In this document: one piece after another, positions 16,461-26,408 of the stretch
Position numbering within the stretch: the first letter of the stretch is position 1
Layout: each line of letters begins with the position of its first letter
Virus record (IMG/VR): IMGVR_UViG_3300017763_000003
DNA from: a virus
DNA length: 64,000 nt
Strand: one strand, 5' to 3'
Notes under the pieces: generated by a model
Databases searched by the model: none
What the model was told of the DNA's origin: nothing
Seen by the model: only the letters and a program-made list of their open reading frames with translations
Program-made: the position numbers and the translations under genes

Positions 16461-16702
16461 TTGATGTACTTGATGAAATAAGATTTTGTAAATCTTTGCT
16501 TGGGAAAGACACCCCAATTGATATAGCGAAAAAGCTAAAGGCAAGGATTGCCGAGAAGGAACTGGAAATCCTAGCATTTGAACAGGCTCACATGAGTGAA
16601 ATGGATGCTAAGATATTACTAGAATCTAAGAGGATATTCACTGATACAGTGATAAGGGACTTGGCACCAAGCAGGAAAAAAGTTGCTAAATTGGCAAATT
16701 AG
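16457..16702 (+). CDS. Hypothetical protein
   Basis: SD AAGGAG, ATGA overlap. Confidence 0.7.
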   Translation: MIDVLDEIRFCKSLLGKDTPIDIAKKLKARIAEKELEILAFEQAHMSEMDAKILLESKRIFTDTVIRDLAPSRKKVAKLAN

Positions 16703-16705
16703 TGC

Positions 16706-16734
16706 TTGACTTTTAACTTAAAATAGGATAGAAT
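16706..16734 (+). promoter_or_regulatory. Sigma70-type promoter
   Basis: TTGACT, 17 bp, TAGAAT. Confidence 0.8.
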
Positions 16735-16744
16735 CACTTATATT

Positions 16745-17134
16745 ATGGCATTATTACCAGCATTTTACACCACTACTCGCATGAGTGGTAAATCTAAAGT
16801 AAAGAAAAAACCAGGATGGAAACAGCGACAAGCCAAGCATGATGCTTGGTTGCGTGAAAATGGTGTTCATCCTGACCAGCTAAAAGCTAGGAAAAAGGAG
16901 TTTGTACCATTGAAGATATCACAGGCTGAACAGGAAAGAGCGAAAGCTAGGGAAGATTATGATAAGAAGTATCCTTCAGTTTCTAATGGTATGCGTGGTA
17001 ATACAGCTAAGAAAGAGCCAATGGTATATACAGGTACATTGGTGAAAGGTATTGCTCAGATGCATAAATCTAATGCTGTACCGATTATTAATAAGGAGCA
17101 GGCAATTGATGTTGCCAAGATGAGACGAGGATGA
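16745..17134 (+). CDS. Basic T4-like phage hypothetical protein
   Basis: YTGTLVKGIAQMHKSNAVPII C-terminal motif. Confidence 0.8.
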   Translation: MALLPAFYTTTRMSGKSKVKKKPGWKQRQAKHDAWLRENGVHPDQLKARKKEFVPLKISQAEQERAKAREDYDKKYPSVSNGMRGNTAKKEPMVYTGTLVKGIAQMHKSNAVPIINKEQAIDVAKMRRG

Positions 17135-17358
17135 ATACCGAAACTACAATATTACAGGTTCTATTGTATTCTGGGATATTATTATATCTTGGCTATACGA
17201 TGGGTAAACAAAACCACAGAGAGATTATCCGCAAAACAATTGATGGGTTAGCAAATAGTGGTTTTTTAAAATGGTATTGGAAGGATGGCGAAAAGGAGTT
17301 CGTAAAATGGAGGGATCCATATCCTGAAGATATGAAAATCGAGAATGAAAATGATTAA
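17131..17358 (+). CDS. Small membrane protein
   Basis: N-terminal TM, ATGA overlap. Confidence 0.65.
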   Translation: MNTETTILQVLLYSGILLYLGYTMGKQNHREIIRKTIDGLANSGFLKWYWKDGEKEFVKWRDPYPEDMKIENEND

Positions 17359-17554
17359 AAAGTTTTTCACAACACTATGGGGACAACCAGATAAAGGCAT
17401 ACATAACGAGCCAGATCCAGATCCAGCTGAATTGTCCATTGATAACGCATATAAAACAAGATGGATCTGGTATCATACTATTTTAGGAATTGAATTGTTT
17501 TTGGTAAATGTATTGCTGATTGCTATTCTTGTCGTATTGGCTGTTAAATTATAA
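17345..17554 (+). CDS. Small membrane protein
   Basis: YKTRWIWYHTIL followed by a long C-terminal TM. Confidence 0.7.
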   Translation: MKMIKKFFTTLWGQPDKGIHNEPDPDPAELSIDNAYKTRWIWYHTILGIELFLVNVLLIAILVVLAVKL

Positions 17555-17566
17555 AAGGAGTAAATT

Positions 17567-17890
17567 ATGGACCATGTTAAACTACAAAATCGTATCGCTC
17601 ACTGTGCTGTTCGTAGAGATATCGCAGGACTGAACGATGTTAAGCAGGATATGCTTACTGAACAAGAACGACTAGATCGTTGGTTCAACAAATATCTTCA
17701 TGTGGCAGGTGACCACTTGAATCCTGATAATCCAAATACCAAAGCATGGTCTTTGTATAATCTAAAAATGTCGGAGTATGGTAAGGTTGAGGATAGACTA
17801 ACAACTATCAACCATTATCTAAATAAATATAACAATAAAGAGAGAGTATATGAGCGAATCAGCAACGACGGATTTTCCTACTCTATTTGA
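17567..17890 (+). CDS. Hypothetical protein
   Basis: SD AAGGAG. Confidence 0.75.
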   Translation: MDHVKLQNRIAHCAVRRDIAGLNDVKQDMLTEQERLDRWFNKYLHVAGDHLNPDNPNTKAWSLYNLKMSEYGKVEDRLTTINHYLNKYNNKERVYERISNDGFSYSI

Positions 17891-18101
17891 GAATAGTAAA
17901 TCTTTCTCTATGTATATAGAGAAAATGGTAAAGGAGAAAGCTGGGATATCTCATCTTGATGCTATACTTGAATATTGTAGCAAAGCAGAGATTGACCCAA
18001 AAGAATTAAAAGGATTAATTAGAGGTGCACTCAAAGACAAGTTAGAAGCCAACTATCAGGATTTAAATTTCTTGCCTAGAACTGCAAAGTTGGATGTATA
18101 A
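17850..18101 (+). CDS. 33: Late transcription coactivator gp33
   Basis: FSMYIE...LDAILEYC...LKDKLEA...LNFLP; synteny 33-59-32. Confidence 0.85.
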   Translation: MSESATTDFPTLFENSKSFSMYIEKMVKEKAGISHLDAILEYCSKAEIDPKELKGLIRGALKDKLEANYQDLNFLPRTAKLDV

Positions 18102-18719
18102 ATGGATGGATATCGTGTATATAAATTGTACATGGCACTTAAACTACACTTCCACAATAAGAAGTATGATGTTTTTACAAACCATGGAAGCATTCGTGGG
18201 TCTCGTGAAAAGTTTTACACGAGGAATGATGTTAAATTATTTGAGAGGTTAGGAGATGCGTATAAATCCGATCGTGATATTGTTGACTATTTTGTTTCTA
18301 ATTTCAGTTATGGTCATGACGCAACTCTATATTCCCGAATCACATCTGATTCCTATTATACCAACTGGTGTAGAGTCCGTGAAGCATTACATAGTACATT
18401 CAAGTCCGACCTTGATACTATTACATTACATTTAGAAAAGGAAAAGATGTCGGAAAAAGATTTATATAATTTTAATGGGATTATTCCTGAGTTGATGAAG
18501 ATGGTTCTTGGTGAACATGTTCATGTACAAACAGTTTGTATCCTAGATAAATTTAAAGGATTCTTTGAGAACTGGCACGACAAAGCAGGAGTTGCTTTTG
18601 AAGAAGATGTTCTCAGGATAACGAAGACGAAAGGATTCGTTAAGTTTGAAAAAAACAGATTTGCTGAGACATATAAGTCTTTCAATGATGATTTAATTGA
18701 ACTAAATACTAATGCTTGA
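18102..18719 (+). CDS. 59: Helicase loader gp59
   Basis: YKLYMALKLHF...YD...R.D..LFERL...YFVSNF; synteny. Confidence 0.9.
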   Translation: MDGYRVYKLYMALKLHFHNKKYDVFTNHGSIRGSREKFYTRNDVKLFERLGDAYKSDRDIVDYFVSNFSYGHDATLYSRITSDSYYTNWCRVREALHSTFKSDLDTITLHLEKEKMSEKDLYNFNGIIPELMKMVLGEHVHVQTVCILDKFKGFFENWHDKAGVAFEEDVLRITKTKGFVKFEKNRFAETYKSFNDDLIELNTNA

Positions 18720-18793
18720 TTTTACTTTTAAGAAAATATCAAGTAATATTAAAACATACAACGCATATAAAGCATATTTAAGGAGTAAAAATT

Positions 18794-19717
18794 ATGGTTG
18801 ATTTAAACAGCTTGAAGTCGTCGTCTATGGCAGACTTCTCAAAAATATCTGGAGAGTTCGATAAAATCGCAAATCCCCAGACATCCCAAAAGCAAGGTCC
18901 AGATGAAAGATACTGGAAACTTGACCCAGATAAAGCAGGAAACGCAACAGCAGTTATTCGTTTTCTACCTCGTGTAGAAGGTGATGAGTTGCCTTGGATT
19001 CGTGTTTTTTCTCATGGCTTTCAGGGTCCAACTGGTAAATGGTATATTGAAAACAGTTTAACTACATTGGGTGAGAAAGACCCTGTGGGTGAATTGAATT
19101 CAAAGCTATGGAACAGTGGTTCTGAAGCTAATAAAGATATCGCTCGTAAACAAAAAAGACGATTGTCATATATTACTAATGTCTTGATTGTCAGCGATCC
19201 AAAACATCCCGAGAATGAAGGACAGGTCAGACTGTACAGGTTTGGTAAAAAAATCTTTGATAAAATCATGGAGAAAGCTAGACCTACATTTGAAGATGAA
19301 AAACCAGTAAATGTATTTGACTTATGGCAAGGAGCAGACTTCCGACTTCGTATGAAGAAAGTTGCTGGCTTCCCTAATTATGATGAAAGTCAATTTACTG
19401 ATGTGAAAGCAGTTCCAGGGTCTGATGAAGAGTTGGTTGGCATTGTTGAAAAACAGCATAAGCTATCTGAGTTCGTCGCACCAGACCAGTTCAAATCTTT
19501 TGAAGCACTTTCAAAAAGATTGATGGAAGTTCTTGAGGATGAAAACGCAGGATTGGGAACAGCAGAAGATGCAATTCTTGAAACTGTGGCAGCAGCACCT
19601 GCACCTAAGAGTGCTCCTGCACCTGAGCCAGTCGCAAAGGCTGAGCCAGCAGCACCTAGTGCTGAACAGGAAGAAGATGTAATGTCTTACTTCCAAAAAA
19701 TAGCAGACTCTGAGTAA
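18794..19717 (+). CDS. 32: Single-stranded DNA-binding protein gp32
   Basis: DERYWK, AVIRFLP, HGFQGPTGKWYIENSLTT, FGKKIFDKI, acidic tail. Confidence 0.97.
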   Translation: MVDLNSLKSSSMADFSKISGEFDKIANPQTSQKQGPDERYWKLDPDKAGNATAVIRFLPRVEGDELPWIRVFSHGFQGPTGKWYIENSLTTLGEKDPVGELNSKLWNSGSEANKDIARKQKRRLSYITNVLIVSDPKHPENEGQVRLYRFGKKIFDKIMEKARPTFEDEKPVNVFDLWQGADFRLRMKKVAGFPNYDESQFTDVKAVPGSDEELVGIVEKQHKLSEFVAPDQFKSFEALSKRLMEVLEDENAGLGTAEDAILETVAAAPAPKSAPAPEPVAKAEPAAPSAEQEEDVMSYFQKIADSE

Positions 19718-19734
19718 TACATTCAAAATCTGCG

Positions 19735-19768
19735 GAAAGGGGGACTTCGGTTCCCCTTTTCTTTTTTT
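19735..19768 (+). terminator. Rho-independent terminator with UUCG loop
   Basis: AAAGGGGGAC-TTCG-GTTCCCCTTT followed by a T-tract. Confidence 0.9.
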
Positions 19769-19782
19769 ATGAAAGGAAAAAT

Positions 19783-20058
19783 ATGAAAGAATGGTTTGAT
19801 GTAATTATGGATCCCACAAAGAATGCTCTATCAGGATTAAATTTTCAAGTTAAGTTTATGTCTATGCAGATATTAGCTTGGTTATGGTCAGCAGTGTTTG
19901 GTATCTATATAATAGAAAGCATATATGCCTTTGGTATATCTGCTGCAGCACACGCATTACTAATTACAGCGACTGTATTGACTGCAATTTATTTTAAAGA
20001 AGTAAATAAAGAAAGGTACAGTCAAAGTCTAAGAGGTAAAGGTGGAGAACATGAGTAA
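19783..20058 (+). CDS. Membrane protein
   Basis: Two TM segments, SD AAGGA, ends GGEHE. Confidence 0.75.
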   Translation: MKEWFDVIMDPTKNALSGLNFQVKFMSMQILAWLWSAVFGIYIIESIYAFGISAAAHALLITATVLTAIYFKEVNKERYSQSLRGKGGEHE

Positions 20059-20132
20059 GAAGGAAAGAATATTTTGGTTTATAATTGGACTCTTACCCTT
20101 TGTGGGTCTTTTTATAGCTTGGTACTTAGGAT

Positions 20133-20348
20133 ATGTCCCACTATAAAGACGACTTACATGTATTCACTGTATCTTTTATAGTGCTTCCTGATACTAAAAT
20201 GCAATACCAAGATGTTCATGAACATACTTATGGTGGTGCTGGAGAATTTATTAGAACACACTCAAAACAACACCAAGTAAAAAGTATTGCCTACAAAGAA
20301 TATTGGGGACCGAGTGGTTTGATTAATGGGGAGAGGAAGTTTCCTTAA
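20133..20348 (+). CDS. Hypothetical protein (a 31-aa TM ORF precedes it at 20051-20146)
   Basis: Coupled ORFs converging on the late block. Confidence 0.55.
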   Translation: MSHYKDDLHVFTVSFIVLPDTKMQYQDVHEHTYGGAGEFIRTHSKQHQVKSIAYKEYWGPSGLINGERKFP

Positions 20349-22048
20349 CTTGCGTATTTCTGTCCAAACTGATACAGGTTATCGCCATTCTTAGTACTCT
20401 TAGGAAATTGTAAGCCAGTACTATTAGAATTGGTATTATTTGATACATTAGTATTATTCACAACAGTAGTATTACCACCACCACCAGCTAATCCTTCAGG
20501 AGTTAAATCTAACAATGGTCTACCATCCAGTGCCATGTCATTCTCAATACCTTTCCCCATGTCTTCTATACTGACACCATTAACAGTACTAATAGGTGTG
20601 AAGTTTAGTGCATCTGCATTTCTCTCATCGAAATCTTTTATCTTCTGTTCTGCGGAAGTTCCTTCACCAGCTGGTGCACCTTCACCACCTTCTACTTCTG
20701 TTTCGCCATCTCTGAATGGGAAAAATCCACCAAAGGATACTTCTGTACCAATAATTGGAATCTTAAATGAGAAAGCAGGAATACCAAAATTATCCATGAT
20801 AGTATCAAAGAAACTGTAAACCTTTTCTTTCAAACCATCAAAGCCAAATAATCCAGCTACAGCATCAAGTATATTCAAGAAGAACTTCGGTATGATTAAT
20901 ATTAAATCAAAGAAGAAGTCAGATATATTTTTGAATAATCCTTCGCCATCGGTATTGGTAAATATATTCATTAATGAATTAAATAATTCTAGGATGGGTC
21001 GTATTGGTGCCATGATTATATTTGTCATAAACTCTACAATATGAGATATGAAACCTGCTATACCATCTATTAGTTTACTGAACATACTGGCGAATGAGAA
21101 ACTATTAAGCATCTCTGCTGCTTTATCAAACCCAAACATACCAAGTACCCAAGCAACTGCTCCTTTAAGCATATCAAGTGGACCAAATATTAATGAGTTG
21201 AATAAACCTTTAACAGCTCCAGCGATACCACCTATAATACCACCTTCAGCGAAACCTGCTAATGCTCCTTTGATTGTATCAAATAAAGTGATAATAATTA
21301 ATAGTGGTAAAAATACCTTTGAAGCAACTTTGGCTACAGCACCAATCGCCTTACCAAAGGTTGATATTGATGTCATGATACCTCTGAAGAAACCACTTAT
21401 TCTACCAAAGATACTTACACCTGTTGAAACTGATTTGATTGCTCCCTTTAACATCTTACCCAACGCAATAAATGGTTGGAATAAAATAGATAAACCTTTC
21501 ATAAAGTTTTTTAATGCCTGAGGAGTTTTTCCTAATGCACTTGCACCACCTGATGATTTGAATAACCCAGTTAGTGGTTTAAGTAAATTAGAAAAACCTG
21601 TTCGTATGGCTGTACCGAAACCTTTAACAGTTCCAGTTAAACCTCTGAATAATGCTCTTATTTGTACTTGAAGTCTTGCAGGTGTGAATGCTTTTGCGAA
21701 TAGACCAATAGTTTTAAGTTGAGCAGCAATAAGACCGATTAGTGAACCAATAACAACAGCAAGGACTTTACCAAACTTGCCTAATTTACTGAACGCAGAT
21801 TCTTCTCCACCACCACCACCATCATCTTTCTCGGCTTTACCTGCCAATATTTCTAGATAACCAGCCATAGCTGTAAAGACTTTCATCTGCTCGCCAGTTT
21901 CTTCTTTACTGGGCATCATCTCTGCTATTTTATCACCAATAAGATTAGCCAACTCCTCGTTCTTAGGAGTAGCTTTCCTTCTATCTGGTAATGCGTCCTT
22001 ATCGGATGGAGTCTTTTTTACTCCTTTATCTTCTTGTGGTAGTGCCAT
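20345..22048 (-). CDS. Tape measure / baseplate hub protein (gp29-like)
   Basis: 567 aa, amphipathic Gly/Phe-rich helices, Asn-rich C-terminus, follows gp26-gp51. Confidence 0.7.
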   Translation of the reverse strand: MALPQEDKGVKKTPSDKDALPDRRKATPKNEELANLIGDKIAEMMPSKEETGEQMKVFTAMAGYLEILAGKAEKDDGGGGGEESAFSKLGKFGKVLAVVIGSLIGLIAAQLKTIGLFAKAFTPARLQVQIRALFRGLTGTVKGFGTAIRTGFSNLLKPLTGLFKSSGGASALGKTPQALKNFMKGLSILFQPFIALGKMLKGAIKSVSTGVSIFGRISGFFRGIMTSISTFGKAIGAVAKVASKVFLPLLIIITLFDTIKGALAGFAEGGIIGGIAGAVKGLFNSLIFGPLDMLKGAVAWVLGMFGFDKAAEMLNSFSFASMFSKLIDGIAGFISHIVEFMTNIIMAPIRPILELFNSLMNIFTNTDGEGLFKNISDFFFDLILIIPKFFLNILDAVAGLFGFDGLKEKVYSFFDTIMDNFGIPAFSFKIPIIGTEVSFGGFFPFRDGETEVEGGEGAPAGEGTSAEQKIKDFDERNADALNFTPISTVNGVSIEDMGKGIENDMALDGRPLLDLTPEGLAGGGGNTTVVNNTNVSNNTNSNSTGLQFPKSTKNGDNLYQFGQKYAS

Positions 22049-22240
22049 CTAGTTTCTCATCTTTAACTTTTGTTGTTCGTGTTTAGCTTTTTCTTCCTCT
22101 AAGTGTTTATGAAGCATAGTCGTATATATCTCTCGCTCGAATGGATACATATTTTCCAGCTCAGTCAAGGAATATTTGTGATGTTGCATTAAAGCGAAGT
22201 TCGTCTTATAATGGTTCATCAACGACTCATGGCTGAGCAT
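22049..22240 (-). CDS. 51: Baseplate hub assembly protein gp51
   Basis: SLMNHYKTNFALMQHHKYSLTELENMYPFEREIY. Confidence 0.9.
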   Translation of the reverse strand: MLSHESLMNHYKTNFALMQHHKYSLTELENMYPFEREIYTTMLHKHLEEEKAKHEQQKLKMRN

Positions 22241-22974
22241 TATCCAAAAAAATTCTGTAAACCCTCCAAAGTTCTCTGATGAACTTTGCCACAATTAGGA
22301 CAAGTATATTCAATTTTATGAGTCATCTTTGGCATATGCTCAAAGAAATCTCTTATCTTAGAAAACTGGTCAGAAGTAAGATTGTTAATAAAATCATTTA
22401 CTTCTTCAACAGATTGTTCTTGAATATAATGGAGTTCGTCTCCTTCATAAATAACTTCCATTGAATCCATTATAATATCAAATACTTTATCAGGATCGCT
22501 ATCTTGATTTAATCCTTGATATTTAATAATAGTTTCCAATGTAGGATACTTCATTACAACTCCTACATCTCCCCATAAGTCTATTCTTTTATTGTGTCCT
22601 TCTGGGAAAGTGACAGGTATCGAGGTAATATCTACCGATAATTTTACTTGAGCTTTGGGGTTGTCAACACAACCAGCTTCTTCATTATCGCATTTACCGA
22701 TTATCTCAACTATCTCACCTACAGATTTTCCTCTCATCTGAGCGAAACAATATTCTAGGTCGAAAGTTGCTAATCGTTTAACTTCTATTTCTTCTTGTAC
22801 ACAATTAGTAATTAATTCACGCAAGGTATTAACCATTGTCGTTTCATTTTCTGATTGCATAGCAAGCATCAATGCCTTTTCGTCTTTAACAACGAATGGT
22901 CTAAATTTTACTTCTTGACCAGTAGAAGGAATTGTGAGTGGATGTAAAGCACTCGCATGTTTAGGTAAAGCCAT
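22240..22974 (-). CDS. 26: Baseplate hub subunit gp26
   Basis: MALP, IPSTG, FRPFVVKDEK, FDLEY, RGKSVGE, CPNCG, LEGLQNFF. Confidence 0.9.
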   Translation of the reverse strand: MALPKHASALHPLTIPSTGQEVKFRPFVVKDEKALMLAMQSENETTMVNTLRELITNCVQEEIEVKRLATFDLEYCFAQMRGKSVGEIVEIIGKCDNEEAGCVDNPKAQVKLSVDITSIPVTFPEGHNKRIDLWGDVGVVMKYPTLETIIKYQGLNQDSDPDKVFDIIMDSMEVIYEGDELHYIQEQSVEEVNDFINNLTSDQFSKIRDFFEHMPKMTHKIEYTCPNCGKVHQRTLEGLQNFFG

Positions 22975-23498
22975 TATTTGTCTCCTTCAATCGGGACATT
23001 CTTCATGTCCTTAATTAGTTTATTCAATTCAGTTGTTGAGCCAACATAGATAGAATTATTTTGAACTCCTGGAGCTCTCTCTTCTTTCTTGCCTTCTAAC
23101 TTCTGTTTTTGCTGATGTAAATCTAATAGCTGTTGATTTATGTCAGCTTGTTGTTTCATGAGATTGCCTACAACTTCAAACGCACGAGGGTGTTCTGATT
23201 GTTTAGCTATCTCTAATGCATGATTAAGTGCTTCTTGACCTTTGTTTAAAATCGTTAATAGATTTAAACGAGTAGTATCATAATCACTCTCAATCTTTGC
23301 TTCTTTCGGGTCATATCCCGACATTACATTTGCTGCATCATCTACAGCAGATGGTAATTCATTTGCCTTAGCAATTATATCTTGATGCCCAGGAAGTATA
23401 TCAGTTGGGCATGCTGCATCAGGATTATATACTGGTGTCCCATCAAATCCTGCTGGAAGGTCAAATACCTTGCCTAGTCCTTTATCAATTTTACTCAT
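22974..23498 (-). CDS. 16: Terminase small subunit gp16
   Basis: DYDTTRLNL...KGQEAL...SEHPRAFEV...NNSIYVGSTTEL. Confidence 0.85.
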   Translation of the reverse strand: MSKIDKGLGKVFDLPAGFDGTPVYNPDAACPTDILPGHQDIIAKANELPSAVDDAANVMSGYDPKEAKIESDYDTTRLNLLTILNKGQEALNHALEIAKQSEHPRAFEVVGNLMKQQADINQQLLDLHQQKQKLEGKKEERAPGVQNNSIYVGSTTELNKLIKDMKNVPIEGDK

Positions 23499-24238
23499 TA
23501 GTTCCTCTTACCAAATTTTCTTCGACCTCTGGCATTATTACCACCATAAGTCACATAGCCACCTGAATGGGTGACTGGGTTGCCTTTGCCATCTGTTACA
23601 ACATTTTGAGGTATATCCTCTTCAATTCTATCAATAATTCTTGGCTCTTGTCTAACACCTGTTGGTGGATCGCCAACTTCTGCTGGCAATTTACTCTTAG
23701 CATACTGAGCACCTCTCCAATATCTGTAGGAAAGTGAAACTCCAATCTTCATTGCATCTTTACCTTCAGCAGTTAGCTGTATAGGATTTAATGTTTTAGG
23801 ATATGCTTCATATAAAGTACATCCATAAATTTGTTTATCTGCTTTATCTAAAACAAATATAGTAATATCTTTTGTGTAGTTTTTATAATAGTTAAACTTT
23901 CTTGTGACTGGATCTATAATTTGTGATGTCCAGTTATCCCAATATGTTTTTACTTTCATTGGGCGATCTACATAAAACTCTAAGTTGATTGCTTCAAATA
24001 ATCTTTCATAAGGCATCTCTCTATATTCACCAAATGTTCTTGCTGGAGTGGTAGAGTTATTGATTCCTGGAAGTTGTGCTTGAGAGCAATACATTAATAA
24101 CATGCGTGACATGTCTGGACCTTCAAAATTAGGAAGGACAACAGCATATCTGTTTACTACAGCTAATCCCTCTTTCTTAACTTGAGAGGTAAAATCGTTG
24201 AGTGTAGTCTTTGGTGCTTCTTGAAAATTATCAGCCAT
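23498..24238 (-). CDS. 54: Tail tube initiator gp54-like (gp19 fold)
   Basis: NRY, CSQAQLPG, YWDNW, LYEAYP, SYRYW. Confidence 0.75.
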   Translation of the reverse strand: MADNFQEAPKTTLNDFTSQVKKEGLAVVNRYAVVLPNFEGPDMSRMLLMYCSQAQLPGINNSTTPARTFGEYREMPYERLFEAINLEFYVDRPMKVKTYWDNWTSQIIDPVTRKFNYYKNYTKDITIFVLDKADKQIYGCTLYEAYPKTLNPIQLTAEGKDAMKIGVSLSYRYWRGAQYAKSKLPAEVGDPPTGVRQEPRIIDRIEEDIPQNVVTDGKGNPVTHSGGYVTYGGNNARGRRKFGKRN

Positions 24239-24243
24239 ATAAC

Positions 24244-24251
24244 TATTTAGT
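24244..24251 (-). promoter_or_regulatory. Late promoter
   Basis: ACTAAATA on the minus strand, 5 nt before the gp54 ATG. Confidence 0.7.
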
Positions 24252-25000
24252 TAGATTCTTTTATATTCTATGTTGGGATCGCCAGTTATTTGCTCCATTT
24301 TATCGTAAGCAAGTCCTGGAGGGATGTCTAAATATCTCCTATCAAAGTCAATCAGGAGTATTAGTCGGTGTTCGAAGGAATAATTATGAGCAGAATGAGT
24401 ATATTGATTATTAAAACCGAAGCAATCAGACCAATCCACCTCTGAACCATTTACCTCTAAGAATATATCTCCCTTGGGTATATGTAGTGGTATATGTACT
24501 CTCAGGTGATGTCCACGACGATTCTCAGGTCCAGTATGCCTATGTATTACCGAATCCTTTACTAATATGCTATAATTAGCGATAGGAACGACTTCTTCAT
24601 ACTGCTTTAATATCTTATTTGCTGTAGGATACTGGGGTCTGGCTTTCTCTCCTTCTGTATCACGATATATTGTAGAGGGTGGTTGGTATTTTAAATATAC
24701 ATTTTGCCATGCGTCTAGCTTTGCTGGTTTCTTATCTTTACTACCTGAAGCATGACCCATACTATCCCTACTCATTACAGGCACAGCTTTATTATCTAAC
24801 ACCCATTGTAATTTTTTATCCATGCTCCACTTTTCATCTAAGTGACCAACGAGGTCATTTATTAGATTATCTTTCTGAGCAGATAACTCATCAAATATAT
24901 TATCTAACTTAGGATACTCTCCTCGTTTAAATATCTTTTGTTCTTGTATTTCTCGTAGTCTTTGTTTTGGTATTTCTGACCACCATGGCAAATTAATCAT
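24251..25000 (-). CDS. Aspartyl/asparaginyl beta-hydroxylase (AspH-like) domain protein
   Basis: RHTGPEN..LRVHIPLHIP...FNNQYTHSAHN...RLILLID. Confidence 0.85.
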   Translation of the reverse strand: MINLPWWSEIPKQRLREIQEQKIFKRGEYPKLDNIFDELSAQKDNLINDLVGHLDEKWSMDKKLQWVLDNKAVPVMSRDSMGHASGSKDKKPAKLDAWQNVYLKYQPPSTIYRDTEGEKARPQYPTANKILKQYEEVVPIANYSILVKDSVIHRHTGPENRRGHHLRVHIPLHIPKGDIFLEVNGSEVDWSDCFGFNNQYTHSAHNYSFEHRLILLIDFDRRYLDIPPGLAYDKMEQITGDPNIEYKRI

Positions 25001-25814
25001 TATCTATTGCTCCTGACTTCCAACTTGGATTTAATACTTCCCCATCTCGTTCGTAGTCAACCAGATATTTATCTGTACAACCAGTGAGGTCTTGTAGTTT
25101 AGTTATGTAATAAGATGTGGGTATGCCAAGGAATGGTCTATATAAATCTAGTATCATGACCAATCTATGTTTACCTGTTCTGTTGTGTGCTGAATGTACG
25201 ATTTGATTATTAAATGCGAAAGGTGCTTCGCTAAATTGTATCTCCTCGTCATTTACCTCTAGGAATATATCACCTTCAGGAATATGGAGAGGAAAGTGTA
25301 ATCTTAAATACTTACCATCTTTATTTTCATGACCAGTATGACGCAGTACAACTGAGTTTGGGGCAATCATTGAGTAAGTAATTACATTTATCCATTGTTC
25401 ATATTTTTCTAAAATAGATCTTAACACTGGTAATCTATCACGATTCTTTTTCATTCGCTTTTCCATTACACCTTTACCAGCTTCTCCTGGATTCCAAATT
25501 AAATTAAAAGCATGCCAACTATCGAGGTTTCTCTTACCTAACTGTTTATTTCCTACATTGGCTTCTTTCGCCACCTTATACCCAGCAGTTTCAAATACAG
25601 GTAAAGTATCCTCTTCATACATTTTATTTAATCGTTGTTGTATATTGTCTCCTTCATAGGGAAGTAATACTTCTTCTAGTAAGGCAGGGCAGAGGGGGAG
25701 TATGTGGTCAAAGACTTCATCTAACATAGGGTATTCGCCATGTCGGAATATTCCCTGTATTTTTGAGTTGTGTAATTTTTCTCTAGACCACTCTGCGTAT
25801 TCTGGCAGTTTCAT
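24993..25814 (-). CDS. AspH-like domain protein (paralogue)
   Basis: RHTGHEN..LRLHFPLHIP...FNNQIVHSAHN...RLVMILD. Confidence 0.85.
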   Translation of the reverse strand: MKLPEYAEWSREKLHNSKIQGIFRHGEYPMLDEVFDHILPLCPALLEEVLLPYEGDNIQQRLNKMYEEDTLPVFETAGYKVAKEANVGNKQLGKRNLDSWHAFNLIWNPGEAGKGVMEKRMKKNRDRLPVLRSILEKYEQWINVITYSMIAPNSVVLRHTGHENKDGKYLRLHFPLHIPEGDIFLEVNDEEIQFSEAPFAFNNQIVHSAHNRTGKHRLVMILDLYRPFLGIPTSYYITKLQDLTGCTDKYLVDYERDGEVLNPSWKSGAIDND

Positions 25815-25820
25815 ATAATA

Positions 25821-26408
25821 TTATCCTTGTGCTATTTCTAAACTTTCTCTCCAAACACGATCCCTAGTAGCACCTGAAAATCTTTCAACTGGTAGCATCA
25901 TAGCAGTATTCCAGTTGGCTGAGTTTACTTGTAAGAATTGTGATTTTACTTGTGTCTTTAAATATTTTTTTACAGCAGGTCTGCCGAGTGCTAACCTTGA
26001 CGATCCTCGTATAGTGTTCCATTGAAACTTCAATCGTGTAGTATCGTCCATCTTTTTGTTTGATGCGTATGTCATCAATCTATCTAACAATCTAATGCGT
26101 AATAGGTATGGTAGATAATGCATGTTTAAACCTAAGAAATACTCTGATTGTATTTCAAAAGGAAACACCAAAGGGAATCTATCAAAGTATGGTAATGTAT
26201 CAGCACCTTTGGCTTCATATTGAAACATATACATCCTGCCAGGAAGTAATCGTGTAGAACGACCTGCTTGTTTCATTATTGCCTTTGGCTGAGGTCGCAG
26301 TTGACGCAACCTTACAACTTCTTTATTAAACCATCCTCTGCTTTTCTTAGCAATGTCTGGGTCAGTTGCTGCCTTATCGAAAAAAGTTTGTGTTGGTGTT
26401 TTAGCCAC
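25821..26408 (-). CDS. 2: DNA end protector gp2
   Basis: GRMYMFQY, LPYFDRFPL, GLNMHYLP..R, LPVERF. Confidence 0.9.
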   Translation of the reverse strand: MAKTPTQTFFDKAATDPDIAKKSRGWFNKEVVRLRQLRPQPKAIMKQAGRSTRLLPGRMYMFQYEAKGADTLPYFDRFPLVFPFEIQSEYFLGLNMHYLPYLLRIRLLDRLMTYASNKKMDDTTRLKFQWNTIRGSSRLALGRPAVKKYLKTQVKSQFLQVNSANWNTAMMLPVERFSGATRDRVWRESLEIAQG

